Assembly (NCBI RefSeq): GCF_006345805.1
Contig: NC_043003.1
Location: forward strand, 110,050,001 to 110,114,000
Source of the DNA: Octopus sinensis
Lineage: Eukaryota
DNA length: 64,000 bases
Reading direction: 5' to 3'
Shown here: positions 29,700-43,545 of the stretch, piece by piece
How positions within the stretch are numbered: the stretch's first letter is position 1
Layout of the letters: the number at the start of each line of letters is the position of its first letter
The notes under the pieces: generated by a model
Told to the model about the DNA's origin: nothing
What the model saw: only the letters and a program-made list of their open reading frames with translations
Databases searched by the model: none
Made by a program: the position numbers and the translations under genes

Positions 29700-31800
29700 T
29701 TCATCATTTGACTATCATTTGTTTAGGCGTGTTCAAGCTCCAGTTTCCACGCTCAAGCCAGAGCACAGAATCGATATTTGGTGGCGAGATCTGCATCCTC
29801 ACTTGAAGTCGATGATCTGTCTACAGGAATCTCTACGTTCTGATCACATGCGATGTAAGAGCAACGTTTCATGTACCTGCGAATTTCTGCTGCACAAGTT
29901 TCGAATCAAACCTAGGGATTCGAGATTCAGACAATCATTTTATGTTCCCAATCTTGAGCCACGTATCTATTTGGCCACTTTTCTTTCTACTATACACTTT
30001 TCGATTGATAAATGACGACCGAAACCACTTCTTTGCCTCCACCACCTATCAATACAGTACACTTGGTATCTTGCCAGTTATTGAGTGTGGAGCTGATTAG
30101 TAGTGTATAAAGGCAGTTCAAGAGTTCACGCTCAAGTCAAAACCTTTTTTATAACATTTAATATCACATCACCCTTTCCTCTGCTCCATTAAATAAAGCA
30201 CGAAAGCAATAATTTGGTTACAATTTCAAATATCTGGATTTACAACAGTTTTCAAATTCACAGGATTGGATGTAAGGCCGATTGTTGGTTTAAAATGTTT
30301 TAAGCAAAGCTAAAATAACGAACAATTTTGTCAGAATTTATCAAATAGTATTCTTGCCCATTTTCATAATATACCATTTATTGCATGCACTAATTCCTTT
30401 ACAACATTGTGTCTATCGTCTCTTGCAAATTCGTTCCAATTTTCCAGGTAGTATGGTTAGTTTTCCAATCTGGCTGGTGAGTTTACTTCCGTTTCAATAT
30501 CCCTATCAAAGCTTTTGCATATTCTTCCAAAGTCTTTATTGATTATAGACCATCAGTTGTGTATACTGGATGTTTGTTTTCAATCTGACTTTCAGAATTA
30601 GCTTTGTGAAAAAGTTGAAATATCTATTTGGCATTTTGTTCAATGGTACAATATTTCGTCCTCATACCACAATAGCTGAGAAAACACTCAACTCGGAACT
30701 GAAGTTTAGGAAAAGTTTTGGAATATTGTCATCTAAATTTAACGTGTTACGTGAAATATTTCTACACATATTGTTCTTTGGTCAACGATTCCGTATCCAT
30801 TTTTCCAATATTTCTTTGCCTATTCCTAAAGCTTTTCCTTCTTTGCTCGAAAATTTCGTCCAAATTCATGACTAATCTGGATCTACAATTTTCCATAAGA
30901 TAATCCTTTTTCTCTAGATTATTTTCTCGGGAAATTTTCATATGTATAGTTTAGGACTTTGCATATAACGTAATTTCTTTTTTGATCGTTGTTCAGTATT
31001 TTATTGTTTCTTTGCACAAACTCAATGTACTAACTTTTAGCTCTAGAATGTATTTTGGTAAAACGAACTTCAGTGTGTTTTTAAACTGCCAGAGTTGTGA
31101 AAATTTCTGGATTTTATCTGTCTACATTTGCGAAAATGAGCAATATTACTATTTAATAAATTCTGACGTGTATTATTAATGTGTATTATTTTATGGTTGC
31201 TAAAACATTTTAAACCGAATTCGAAAACTGTTGTAAATATAGATTCATTGAAATTGTAACTAAATTATTGCTTTCATTCTCTAACTGATGGAACAGATGA
31301 AAGGTTGTTGAGATTTTATTTGTTATGAAAGCTTTCTGAAGTTTTGATTCTTTTACACGTTTACTACATGTTCTCGCTATAAATCTGTCTTTGAAGATGT
31401 ATGCTATATCTCTGAAGATAGTCACGCAGTTTCAGATTTTCTTCGACCATAACATCAACAACTCAAATTTCATTCTTTTGAAACGAACTGTACAAATAAT
31501 ATTTCATCATCGAAGTCTTACTTTCTATATCGAACTTTGACATCAATTTTCAAGGACATCAAAAAATTCATTTTCGAGTAATCTTTTCGCATTATCAAGG
31601 CTTTACCCATTTTAAACATTTAAGCATCATTTCCGTTGATAAAATATTTTAATTCATTTCGTCTTTGGTAATGTCGTTCACATGAAAATACGTTTCCATT
31701 CTGATCACATAATCTTTCCAACGACCATCTCCATGGCAATATATTGAAAACTTGACTTTTTCTGTTTTGTAGTTTGAAGTTATTAGTTTTGTTATTATTT
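29700..31800 (-). pseudogene. Decayed gypsy-type gag-like coding relic followed by a K/E/N-rich tail
   Basis: Minus translation GDGRWKDYVIRMETYFHVNDITKDE...IFKDRFIART resembles the gypsy gag N-terminus (W..Y.ERLE.YF.AN.I ... LRDRFV.G); many stops; distal boundary uncertain. Confidence 0.5.
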
Positions 31801-33303
31801 CATTCATTGTATAATCATGGTTTCATAATTTTCAAACGATTAAAAAGAAAAGCTTTTTTTGCAAATCAAAAAATTCGTCGTCACCAAATGTTGTTGAAAT
31901 ATTTTCGTATTCACATTTAAAAAAAATTTCCAAATTGTTGTCAACGTGTTTTGTAAAACAACCTTATTATCATTTCTTTATTGCTCAACAATCTACAGCG
32001 ATTGCCATAAAAGTGTAATATAATAGTTTTTTTTTCTAAATTGAGTCATAAGGTAAGCAATGTTGATGGACGGAGTTCAGTGGGTACTGCAGAACTTTTA
32101 CAAGTATTTTAATTTATCGTTGCAGAAGATATGAAAACAAAGTTTACCGTGAAGGGAATTGTGGATGTGAACTCAGAACATAAAGAGCCAAAGGAAAAAA
32201 GTATATAATTTTTTCTTACATTCTAACGATTCTACCAATTTGTCCACTCGAAGTGTAGTATATCAATAAGATCGAAGGGAAGGTCTTCAAAAATTAGGTG
32301 ACACTAGAGTATAAGGGTTCAGCGAAATGAGATAGTGTTTTTCAGAATCAACAATTTATAAAGCAAAGACATGTTTAACCATTCTTGAGACATCCTGGCA
32401 GAGACTGAAAGGATAATATCGGATCGTTGTTGCTTTTTAGCCATTGGAGAATATTTCTTTCGTTAGATGATATGTATTCAGAACGTACTCGACGCTTGCG
32501 GTGTAAAGGAGATATATAGCACCTCAGTGTTTCAACTTTGTTATGTGTCTTCTCAGTCAAAGCTATCGCTACCGTAGCTAGAGTGTGTGCTGCTCGGGAC
32601 AGCTCTTCAGTTTGCCGCTTCTGAGGCCCCACAAAAAAATACATTTTGCCTACAGCAATCCCAAAAGTGGTGTTGCTACCCAGAAAAGCCCCGTTCTAGG
32701 TACGCTAATCTACTCTACCACTGATGAATCTCATTAAATCACGACTTCTTTTTGTTATATAAATCATTGACCAAACTACTTGCAAATTAGTGGCGATGCC
32801 TTCCAAACAGATATTAATAAACGGATTGCACACGAACAGGAAGATTCCAACAATAAGTATCTATTTATTCTGAATATTCTCTGGCAGAATCTAACACGAA
32901 TACCTATTAAGTGTTGCTTTTAATCATGTGAGAAAACCGCCTCTTTTAGATGATGTACGTTCAAAATACACGATATTCACCGAGATAAGCAAACACTCTG
33001 AGACACCGAAGTGCTTTGACATCATGCATCATGAACACTCTGATGTTTGAAATAGCAATCAGACATTCACGTTCGAATATAAGGAAACATGTTAAGAATG
33101 AAGAAATGCATTATCCCTAAAATTCTCAGTTTTGCGTGGAAAACTTTAATAAGTAACGATATGTATGTACGCATGTATGTATGTATGTATGTATGTATGT
33201 ATGTATGTATGTATGTATGTATGCATGTATGTATGCATGTATGTATGTATGTATTCATGTATGTACGAATGTATGCATGCATGTATATATATATGTATTC
33301 ATG

Positions 33304-33355
<52 letters not shown>

Positions 33356-33394
33356 TGTCTGTGTATATGATACATATATTCATATACATATGTG

Positions 33395-33585
33395 ACCTCA
33401 TGTGTACCGTTGGCGGTTGTTTTTCCTCCGTCTTCCCTTCTCTGGATCTTTCCTTTTCCTATGTTTCTCACGAAGAGCTCCACTCGAAACATAAAACCCT
33501 CCGTCTTCAATTCTTTCCTGAGCGTCCAATAATACTATGTTTGTTCCACGTCCTCGCATTGTTATTTTTTCATGTTTGGATTAAC
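33395..33585 (+). mobile_element. Family H1-related element; decayed HHR at 33463-33497
   Basis: gttt-CTCACGA-a-gagc(tcc)actc-GAAA-caTA-aaac, followed by the ttcctgagcgt motif shared with other copies. Confidence 0.65.
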
Positions 33586-33616
<31 letters not shown>

Positions 33617-33621
33617 AGAAG

Positions 33622-33912
33622 ATATATATGAAATTAATATGAGTTTATTACCAGCATCAAATCAATCATTATACCTTATAGTTGTTTCAATTATACAAAA
33701 TAGAATTAATTGAATATTAAAATTATTACAGTCTGCTGTGATGAGTCAACAAACACACAAAATATCTCAGAGTATATTCTTTTCCCTCGGAAGAATATGC
33801 TTAGAAATATGATTTTAATATTTAATTAATGTCTCTGTGTGTAACTGAAACAGCTGTAAGGGATAGCGATCGATATGTTGCTGATAATAAATTCTTATTA
33901 ACCTCAATATCT
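33622..33912. repeat. Diverged inverted repeat (33622-33728 / 33810-33912) with HHR-like motif at 33783-33863 (family H3)
   Basis: tccct-CGGAAGA-long spacer-GAAA-cagctg-TA-aggga; the inverted arm reads ...gaaacaactataaggtat...gctggtaataaactcatatta. Confidence 0.6.
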
Positions 33913-34279
33913 CCAATTTTTCTTCTTAATTTACACGAATATAAATTATGGTTTATATACAAATCTATTATTTTATGAATATCAATTACCTTAAAAATAT
34001 TAGGTGTTGAACAGTATTTCCTTAGATGACTCATTCCTTTCATGAGGGTAACATAACCTCTAACTGAATTCCATATATATAAATATATATAATATACCAT
34101 TTTTTTACCTTTGTCGGATCCTTTATCACACATATATGTTACGTATTAGCAGATCATGCTGGAAATAGCAGCAACATCTTTGGAAGTGAGATAAAGTTGA
34201 ATGCACTCAGAAAAACCTAAGGATAAAACTATTTAACACCGAAGGTAGGAAGTTCATGAAAGATGTGTATTTATGTATG

Positions 34280-34313
<34 letters not shown>

Positions 34314-34624
34314 TGTATGTATGTATGTATGTATGTATGTATGTATGTATGTATTTATGTATGTATGTGTATGTGTGTATGTATGCATTACGTATGCAGA
34401 TGTGTATATACGTATGCATATATATGTACGCATATACGCATGTATGTATTCATGTGTGCATGTATGTATGTATATATGTATGTATGCATATGAACATTTA
34501 CGTACGTAAATGTGAAGACGTGTCTCCGTGTGTGTCTATATGTATGTATATGTAAACGGATGTTTATGTACTGATATGTGTGTATATTCAAGTTGTATAT
34601 ATGACTGTTACTCTGTCGAAAGTT

Positions 34625-34669
<45 letters not shown>

Positions 34670-35481
34670 TATAAAAAAACAAATCGTATTTTTTTGTTGT
34701 CAAATCAGTCTAATCCAAAGGTTTCAGTTTCTTCCCTTTCAGGATGAAGTTAAACGCAGAACATTACGCATCGTTTTGGGTATTTATACCCCAAAACCCA
34801 GAATATATCAATAGCTATTGCTCCAATGTCGCGAAACTTGTTTCATTCTGTTCCTATTAACATTTCAGGGGAAATTTTTTAACAGTATTTTCCTATCATG
34901 CGCCAGTTTGCCTGGGTAATATTGCAAGCAGGCAAGCAAGATTGAAACTGAGTTTTAGTATTATAGATTAATATAAAAAGAAAAGAAAACGTAGATAAAA
35001 GCAAATAAATAAAATAAAATAAACGTGAATAAACAGGGGATACTGATAATGCAGGTACCTTGTACATTCACACAAACACACCAAACAAAGACTCACATTG
35101 TTTTTTGTATATTCGTAATCTCCGATATGTGAAGCGTAGGAATCCGTAAAAATGTTTTTAAAAAATGCTCTTTTCAAGGAGAGGTGCGAAACTGCATTAG
35201 CCCCGAAATTAGATACCCACTACCTCTTCTTGTAATCAAATTTGGTGAAATTTTATGACATCCAGGAAAGCCACACACACACACGCCCGCATGCGTAGAT
35301 ATATACACATACACATGCATTTCCACGCATACGCATGCATACATATGCATGAGTATGTGTATATGAATATATATATGTTTTTCTGTATATATGTCTACTT
35401 TTATGTATGACCACATAAATTATGTATGCCTGTATGTATATTTGTGTACATGTATTTATATGCTTGTATGTATTTATGTTT

Positions 35482-35518
<37 letters not shown>

Positions 35519-36439
35519 AATATATATATATATAACTTTATCTTTTTATTTATCTATCTGCATGTATGTCTGCATCTATATGTATAACTATTTGTTTGTT
35601 TGTGTTATATATGAAAGTACTGTTGTAGGTGCTGCACAGGGATCAAATCAATCAAACACCGGTAATCGTTTCGGTGTCTCACTCTAATTTCATTACAAAT
35701 TCCTATCCTTAGTTCCGCAAGCCTTGAATTTCGGAGATAGTTTAGATAATTCATTTCCTTAAGCATCTTCTTGTGTTACAGTGACATTTTTTAGCTCAAA
35801 GCTAAAACCTCTTTTAAACGTAACCGCCTATGAAAACGTCACCGGGTATGATATTCACAAAAGGAATACAAAAAGAAATGATTTCCGGTTACTTTGAAGA
35901 TATAAGTTTGAAGACTGAGCAAAGTATGTCAGTCGTGATAATCGTGGTTCTTAATTCACCATTTTCCAACAAATATATACCCGTTACACCACACACACAC
36001 ACACACACCGTTACACCCGCTAACATAGATGAAGCTTCCGCTGAAAGGTACCTCTCTTTATATTTCTAGAAGACTTGCGATAAAGTTCTTCCTCGTATTT
36101 CTGAAAATAAAAACAAAAAAGTTAAACTCTGAAAAGTGAGAAAGTTGAAATGAAGAGATGAGAGAAAGACATGATAGACAGCAATGTATAAACCGATGCT
36201 AAGTCGGTGCTATCGGCCGCAACTCTTACTGAAGATGCTTAAGCTGATGATGTTGATGCTGCAACTGCGGGAGCTAAACGTACAGAAGCTTATGCTGGCG
36301 GTAATATTGGTGAACATGTATAATTGATGATGAAAGCAAGTAATAAAGGGCATTTAAAAGGTATAATAAAAGCAAGTGAGCGTTTATGGATGCTAGATTT
36401 TCTTCCATTAGTTTTAATAAAACTATAAAGCGAAACTTT

Positions 36440-36579
36440 TGTCGGTGAATTAATGCAGGTATGGCTTTATGGTGAAGACGTTCACTTTGCAACAACGTCT
36501 TTGCAACAAATTTGCGCGCGACACATCGAGACGATACAATACGGTGTGGAAGTTTTATAAAGATTTTACGAACACCCTG
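36440..36579 (-). mobile_element. Possible solitary Tc1/mariner-type end
   Basis: Minus strand TA-CAGGGTGTTCG..., the same terminal heptamer as the end at 45120; no partner TIR found. Confidence 0.35.
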
Positions 36580-36581
36580 TA

Positions 36582-36612
<31 letters not shown>

Positions 36613-36617
36613 CTATC

Positions 36618-36689
<72 letters not shown>

Positions 36690-36694
<5 letters not shown>

Positions 36695-37412
36695 GTACAT
36701 TTAAGTACAAGAGAGAACTATCTTTAATAGGTAATTTTTACATGCTACGAGAAGCAGTCAAAACGACCAAAACCACATTTAAGACCAATTTTCGAAGGGA
36801 ATGATAAATAAAAATAATTTTACCTTGTTATTTCTTATTTCTAGGTTTCGGACTATATCAGAGCAAATAAAATAATCTGCTAGGCGAATCCCCATGAGTA
36901 ACAGTGCCTTAACAATTAACATATAATTTAAAGACAAATAACACGCGTCTCATCATTATATATTATAATTTTTCAAAATTCACCGCGCAAGCGCAGTTTC
37001 AGTCTGCAGTAAGATGCGAAATGAACCGATCTGCGAAAAACTTAAATCACAATCGTAAAATTATATAGGGTGGCGAATCTTTTTCGAAATTTCATCACCA
37101 GTGGCCTAGCATGTATGAAAAGTCAACAGACAACATATTCTCAATATAAAATAGTGTACATTTTAACACAAAAAACTACCTTTAATAGGTAATTTGTACA
37201 TGCTAGAAGAAGCAGTCAAAACGACCAAAACCACATTTAAGAGCAATTTTCGAAGAGAATGAAAAATATATTTTACCTTGTTATTTCTTGCGGTTAAATA
37301 TAGGTTTCGGATTATTTTAGCAAATAAAATAATTTGCTAGGCGAATCCTCATCAGTAACCGTGCCTTAACAATTAACATTTAATTCAGGGACAAATAACA
37401 CGCGTCTCATCA
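36690..37412 (-). repeat. Tandem ~460-bp-period repeat (about 1.6 units) carrying hammerhead motifs (family H4; retrozyme or pLTR-like)
   Basis: 36692-36957 aligns with 37153-37413; an HHR motif is present in each copy. Confidence 0.85.
37291..37361 (-). ncRNA. Type I hammerhead candidate with extended stem II
   Basis: cggtta-CTGATGA-ggatt cgcc tagcaaat(tatttt)atttgcta aaat aatcc-GAAA-cctatatt-taaccg; stem III degraded. Confidence 0.65.
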
Positions 37413-38494
37413 TTTTTTTCCGAAGCTATAATAGAAGGAACAAAGGAGCATACTTGGCATATTTTGCTTTGTGAGTTCTATAAAGGCAACAACACAATGA
37501 AAAGTTCGAGGAATATTAATGCAGTATATGGAAATCGGACAAAAAGCGTAAGCCAGTGTCAATGGGGATTCCAGAAATTCCGAACTGGAAACTATAGCCT
37601 AGAAGACTATCGCCATCCTGGAAGATCTGTAGAGCTCGCCGAGGACGTCCTTCTAATCCCGGTGGAACACAATCTCATCATAAATGTTGAGGAACAAGCG
37701 GAGAATATTGGATTTGGTAATTCAACCATTCATAGACACCTGCGTGCCATTGGAAAAGTCAGCAAATTTGGTCAATGGATTCGTCACAAACTTTACGAGT
37801 CTAATCGCGCGCAGAGATTAGAGATCTTCCCTGTAACGTCTCATGAAAAGAATGAATCATGACGACAAATGGTTTCCTGTAAAAATATCAAGCGCAGAAG
37901 AGAGGGAAAGGCGAAACACCGGCACCCCAGGCTAATGGTCTAATCCACGTAAGGTGTTGTTATCAGTTTGCTGCGATATGAAATGTTTTGTCCACTTTGA
38001 ACTTTTAAACGCAAACTAAATCACATCAAAGTATATCTAGTGCGTGCAGCTTGAGCGACTTAAGTCAGCACTAGAAGAAAAGCGACCATCTTTATTTTCA
38101 AGAGGAAAGGTGTTCTTCCATCAGGATAATGCTCGGACAGATACAGCGAGGATGATATTCCAAAGGCTGGAGCAGCTTGAATGGCAAACGATGCCCCACC
38201 CACCATATTCGTCAGATATTGCTCCATCTGATTATCATTCATTCCATAGTCTTCAAAGTCATTTGGACGGAAAAAATTCTGAATTCTGTAGAGGAGGTCA
38301 GAAGAGTATTGGAGCTGTATTCATTGTCACGGACAAGGGAATCTTGGAAGAAGGGGCTTGCAAATCTAACAGATCAATGGAAGTCCCTTGTAGAAAATGA
38401 AAGAGAGCATATTTTAGATTAAAAAAGAACTTTGTTTATCTTAATTTTAAAAAGTAAAGTATAAAAAAACTGCATTATTTATGGGATGAACCAA
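37412..38494 (+). mobile_element. Mariner relic, copy 2 (same family as 4133; right TIR kept)
   Basis: Motifs GQWIRHKL, FHQDNAR, HPPYSSDIAPSDYH; ends aaaaaactgcattatttatgggatgaaccaa+TA, the reverse complement of the 4133 TIR. Confidence 0.93.
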
Positions 38495-40637
38495 TAGTTT
38501 CACTGGAATTTATACTAAGACAAGAGTAATGGTAAGATCTGATGAAAATGGTGCATATTTTCACTGTTCTTCTCACCGATGGAAATCTGTAAGTTTCACG
38601 TTGGCCGGTCTCTTTCTTTGCTTGAAAATTGTAGCTTTTTCAGATTGTTATCTGGAGATGTAATAACATACATAACTCTATCAATGATTATTGGTATAAA
38701 ATGTGAATTTATAATCAGTGTAGAGAATCTGAAGGTTTCAAACCAGTTTATATCCTATCTCTTGTATCCGACGTTGTGCTTCTATGTAGCCAATGCTCAT
38801 TACATTTATCAGAGATTTTCCACTGCTCATATGTGTACATAGAATACTTCTTTTTGTTTTGCAATCCAAAGCTAAGTATGACAAAGGCTCCCGTAGATAT
38901 GAAAACTCATTTCACGCGCCGGAAACATTTATATTGCATGATTACCCTCAATTCATTTTCAACCATCATTCCACAGTGTATTGTATTTGGAAATGGTGAA
39001 TGAAAATGTTTATTTCGATTTTGTGTGTTTAGTTCTTCAAAGTCACTGATAAGTGTGCTTGAGAGGACAGCAGCAAATTTTCATGAATTCTTTGCTCCTT
39101 ACATTTATGTCGATTGATTGTGGTAAGAACAGAATTCAGAGTCGATAATATGAAAAGTGTTAAAAACAGCAATGAAGCCATTCATAGATAATTATATACA
39201 TCGTGCTAACTACAGATTATTAAGTCAAAGCCTCAAATCAATGCTTACTAGCTTCAAACATTTTACATTACGTCTTTATTGTTAGTGAGTCACTTATAAA
39301 CGAATACAATGTTTACTGATTGACTGTGACCTGTGTGTGATACACACTTATTCTAGATTTAGACGGGTTATTATTGGATCTAATAGCAACTCAGACAGAA
39401 GTGAGTCTGCTTCTAGTGATTAATTATTACACCTGCTTGATACTTCTTTCTCTAAAGTTGTAGAAGTGTTTGGTTACACCCCTGCATCATACTATATCGA
39501 AATATATACGAACTATAAAGTATTTTCGGGATTTATAATGATTGAAATATCTGAAATATAGTATTTGCGTATGGTTAGTCGAATTGGTTCATAGAATGTA
39601 AGTCATTTCGTCAGGTCTACATCAAGACAACGTTGATAAGAAAGAAGTAAAAATATTTTCAAGTGGCTGTATGTCAGCTTGCCAGATCAGAAAATTCTTG
39701 AAGCTTATATACAACAACAGTAACATTTTCTCTTAATTTTTCTTCACCTTTTTTAAGGCATCTTGTTTAGAGAAGAAATGTTTAGAGAAGAAATGTTTAG
39801 TTCGAATTTAAAAGCAGTTTAAATTAAAACAAGCAAGCAATTATTTTTATAAAAACGGAAGAAATTAAAAACAAACATTTAAAAGTCCCAGCGCTCATTT
39901 ACATTATCTAAAAAGCGATATGAGAAAAAAATTTTAAAGAGATAAAATTTAAAATAAAACAGGAAACCATATCCTTCGGGTTTGGTTTGTATTTAAACAA
40001 AACACTGCTGTTCTCTGGCAAAACTGAATATATAGAGAGCAACATTTTGATGTTTGAAAACATTTCCTTCACTCGCGATTGCAAAATAGTGGTTTGATTA
40101 AAGTTGCCACTCTCAATTATAATTGCAGCTATATATTTTCCTTGAAGGATTAAAGTCTAAAAAATATTTAGCTAACATTAAATATTCATTAAAAAGAATC
40201 CCAAGTACCCCAGGATACCAAAAGTTCATTCAAGAAACAAAAATGTTATCTAATTTGTTTTACAATACAACTAATGATGCTGAGGTTAATGTGCGGATAT
40301 GTATATAAGTAACTAGAGACCTACCACCGTATAATGTGAGTAAGAGAGAGAAAGATGGAGAGAGAGAGAGAGAGAAAGAGAGGCAGACAAATAGAGAGAG
40401 GGGAGTACCAACGCATAGATGTGTTACTCTTGATCAATTGCGAAGACCACCTTATAAAAACATTGGTTGATTTGTTAACCCACAAAGAAAGTACATACAT
40501 ACATACATAAATACATACACACACACACACAAACATGCAAACGTATTCACAAACACTTGTATATATACAAACACACACACACGTTTATATATATGTGTGC
40601 GTGTGTGTGTATTATATAAATGATCATGGGTAAGGTC

Positions 40638-41640
40638 AGAAGAATGCGAAGTAAGTGCAAGGCAAATAAGAAAAATATATGAATTAATGTAGACTTACCT
40701 TGTATTCAATATTTCGGGTTATGACTTCATTTTCAAGAAATTAGCGAATGTTGCCGACGCGCGCGTGTGTGAGTGTTTGGAGTGGACATGCGCGGAAAGG
40801 TGTTGCTATAGCAACCAGATAGCTTCCTGTAACTCTCTTCTGTTGTTGATCTTAGGTTCTTTTGGTGTATGAGCATAATCTCAGAGATTCCCGGGTGAAT
40901 TCCCGGGTCTGGCATATCCATAGATATTTCTTTACGGCAGTGTGTGCATGCATGTGATCCTTAATGCGTATATGCATTCCTCTTCTTGTGCTTCCTATGT
41001 AGGATGCGCCACATTTGCCACAGATGATCTCGTAGACAACATAGGGCCACTAGTACTGTTCAGGGTCATTGACGGGGGTAGTTCGATAATGTGCACTCAT
41101 TGGAGTACTGAGATGTGTTGTTCTGAGATAGAGCTTTTCTCAGTGAAGGGCCGGTGTGCAGTATCTGTATGTCGAGTCCTTCCCTGTGGACTGCGTGTTG
41201 TATCGCTACAGTAGTTCCGTCGTCAAACTGTGGTAGCTTTAGAAAGCCCGTGCCGGACTTGGGAGTATGATGATTGTTCCGGGGATTAATGACCTTAATG
41301 TTCTTTTAGTTTCTGTTGTTTATCTAAAGATGGTGGGTAGCCATTCAGGGTTAGGTCTCAGAGGAACCGCTTGGTATTGACGGTATATGATTATATTCAT
41401 ACACCAAATGAAACCTAAGATCAACAACAGAAGAGAGTTACAAGAAGCTATCTGGTTGCTATAGCAACACCTTTCCGCGCATGTCCACTCCAAACACTCT
41501 CACACACGCGCGCGTCGGCAACATTCGTTAATTTCTTGAAAATGAAGTCATAACCCTGAAATATTGAATACAAGTTAAGTCTACTTTAATTCATATATTT
41601 GTTTTCCTGTGATGTGCCTTGCTTTCACTTCGCATTGTTC
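40638..41640 (-). mobile_element. Penelope-like 3' fragment (GIY-YIG) enclosed by ~240-bp inverted repeats
   Basis: Minus translation VVYEIICGKCGASYIGSTRRGMHIRIKDH; arms 40638-40880 and 41390-41640 are reverse complements and encode a PKINNRRELQE C-terminus. Confidence 0.85.
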
Positions 41641-41675
41641 TACACAATACTTCTTAGAAATCATTCCATTATAAC

Positions 41676-41774
<99 letters not shown>

Positions 41775-41837
41775 ATATATATATATGTATATATGTATAT
41801 TTGTATATATGTATATATGTATATATATATATATACA

Positions 41838-42005
41838 TATTCTTTTATTCTTTTACTTGTTTCAATCATTTCACGGCGCCCATGCTGAAGCACCCCTGTG
41901 CTTATTCTTTGTAAGCTTAATATTTATTCTATCCTTCTTTTGCCGAACCGCTAAGTAAACACACCAACACAGGTTATCAAGTGGTGGTGTTGGGAAAACG
42001 GACAC
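41838..42005 (-). mobile_element. SINE family A tail fragment
   Basis: Matches 1509-1700 (ttcttttattcttttacttgtttcaatcattt...gccatgctgaagcacc...ttattctttgtaagc). Confidence 0.65.
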
Positions 42006-42055
42006 AAGGATACACATACACACATAAACATATACACATATAGGTATTTATGTCT

Positions 42056-42094
<39 letters not shown>

Positions 42095-42210
42095 TATATA
42101 TATATATACACTATGCACAAACCTAATATATAAATGTACATATCTATTCCTCTATCTTTCTGTTTGCATATTTTTATGTATAGATACATATATGCTGTTT
42201 GTGCGCGTGT

Positions 42211-42247
<37 letters not shown>

Positions 42248-43309
42248 AGTGAACTAGTTTTTGTGAACTTCAAAGTGGTATAGCTATGTCTCTACTGCTA
42301 ACACTTAAGTCAACAAATTTGTCAATGTATTTATATAGTTCAGTTAAGAATCACATTCATTATATCGATGCACTCTGGGCATTTTTTTTTCTTTTGCACT
42401 CTATACGTTACCTTATACAAATGTATTGAATAGGGTCGTGGAATGTACTCTTGAAAATTTAATGTGCTTTATGAATGAGAGTCATGCTAAATAAGCCGTA
42501 CGAAAGTAAAGTAGATTTTGAAATAACAAAACACATTGCAAATAAAACATTCACGTTTATTGAATCCGTATATATCACTGTATCAACAATACGTAGAATG
42601 AAAAGACGCCATTTAAATAGTCCCTTAAGTTAAATGTCTTTTATATCGTATATCTGAAATTTCACTTGCGCAGTATGCTTTTGTTATGCAAGTCAAATGT
42701 CAGTTATATATTGTATGAATTCTTTCAGCTACACACTGAATACTTTGGCATTTTTTCTGTATATAGTTTTGTTAATAAGTAAGACAGCAATTAAGAATGC
42801 ATGATGTACAGCGAACTATACTAACATATATTTACCATGACTATGAAACGTGATAGTGAGAAGAAGATTAAACCACATAGAAACCTTTCAACTAAACTAT
42901 AAAAAAAACATTAATATACTAATATAAATGATAAGTGATCATAAAACATAACATACCAATTTAAATACACATCTTAAAATATACTTTCAGTGAATTTGAC
43001 ATCCTTTTATTAATGATGTAGTATTTATAAAGAATTAGAGACGGCCAATTCCATAGCGGAAGTCAACTTTCAGGTGGATGAGTCATCGATTTTCACTCAG
43101 TCATCAGCATTGTGCTGTATCAAACAATAAATCATCTTTACGTCGTTTGTTCAACACTTCCTGTTACATACATATATTAGGAGCTGATATGTATAAGTAA
43201 TAAGTGTATGTTTAGTTCTGATTATTACATTGACGTTCTACTATATCTTACGCATTCATTAGCAACCTAAAATCTCACTAGAAGTGTTCATAATAACTTA
43301 TGGGATATT

Positions 43310-43525
43310 GCAAGGCAGCACGTTGGCAGAATCTTTAGCATGCAGGGTTACATGCTTAGCTGAAGTCGCCCCTCTTTATGTTCTGAGTTCGAATTCCACG
43401 GAGATAGACTTCGCCTTTTGTCCCTATGGGCTCAATACTATAAGTACCATTTGAGCACTGAGGTCGATATAATCGTCTTACTTCATCCCACAAAATGTCG
43501 GTCTTGTGCTAATACTTGAAACCGA
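43310..43525 (+). mobile_element. SINE family B, diverged copy
   Basis: ttggcagaatctttagcatgc...gttctgagttcgaattccac...taagtacc...ggtcgatataatcg. Confidence 0.7.
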
Positions 43526-43545
43526 TATCTTATGAAATAGTATAC

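Noticed and set aside
43078-43110. Minus-strand CTGATGA...GAAA motif
   Set aside because: No stem I or stem II pairing and no valid NUH site.
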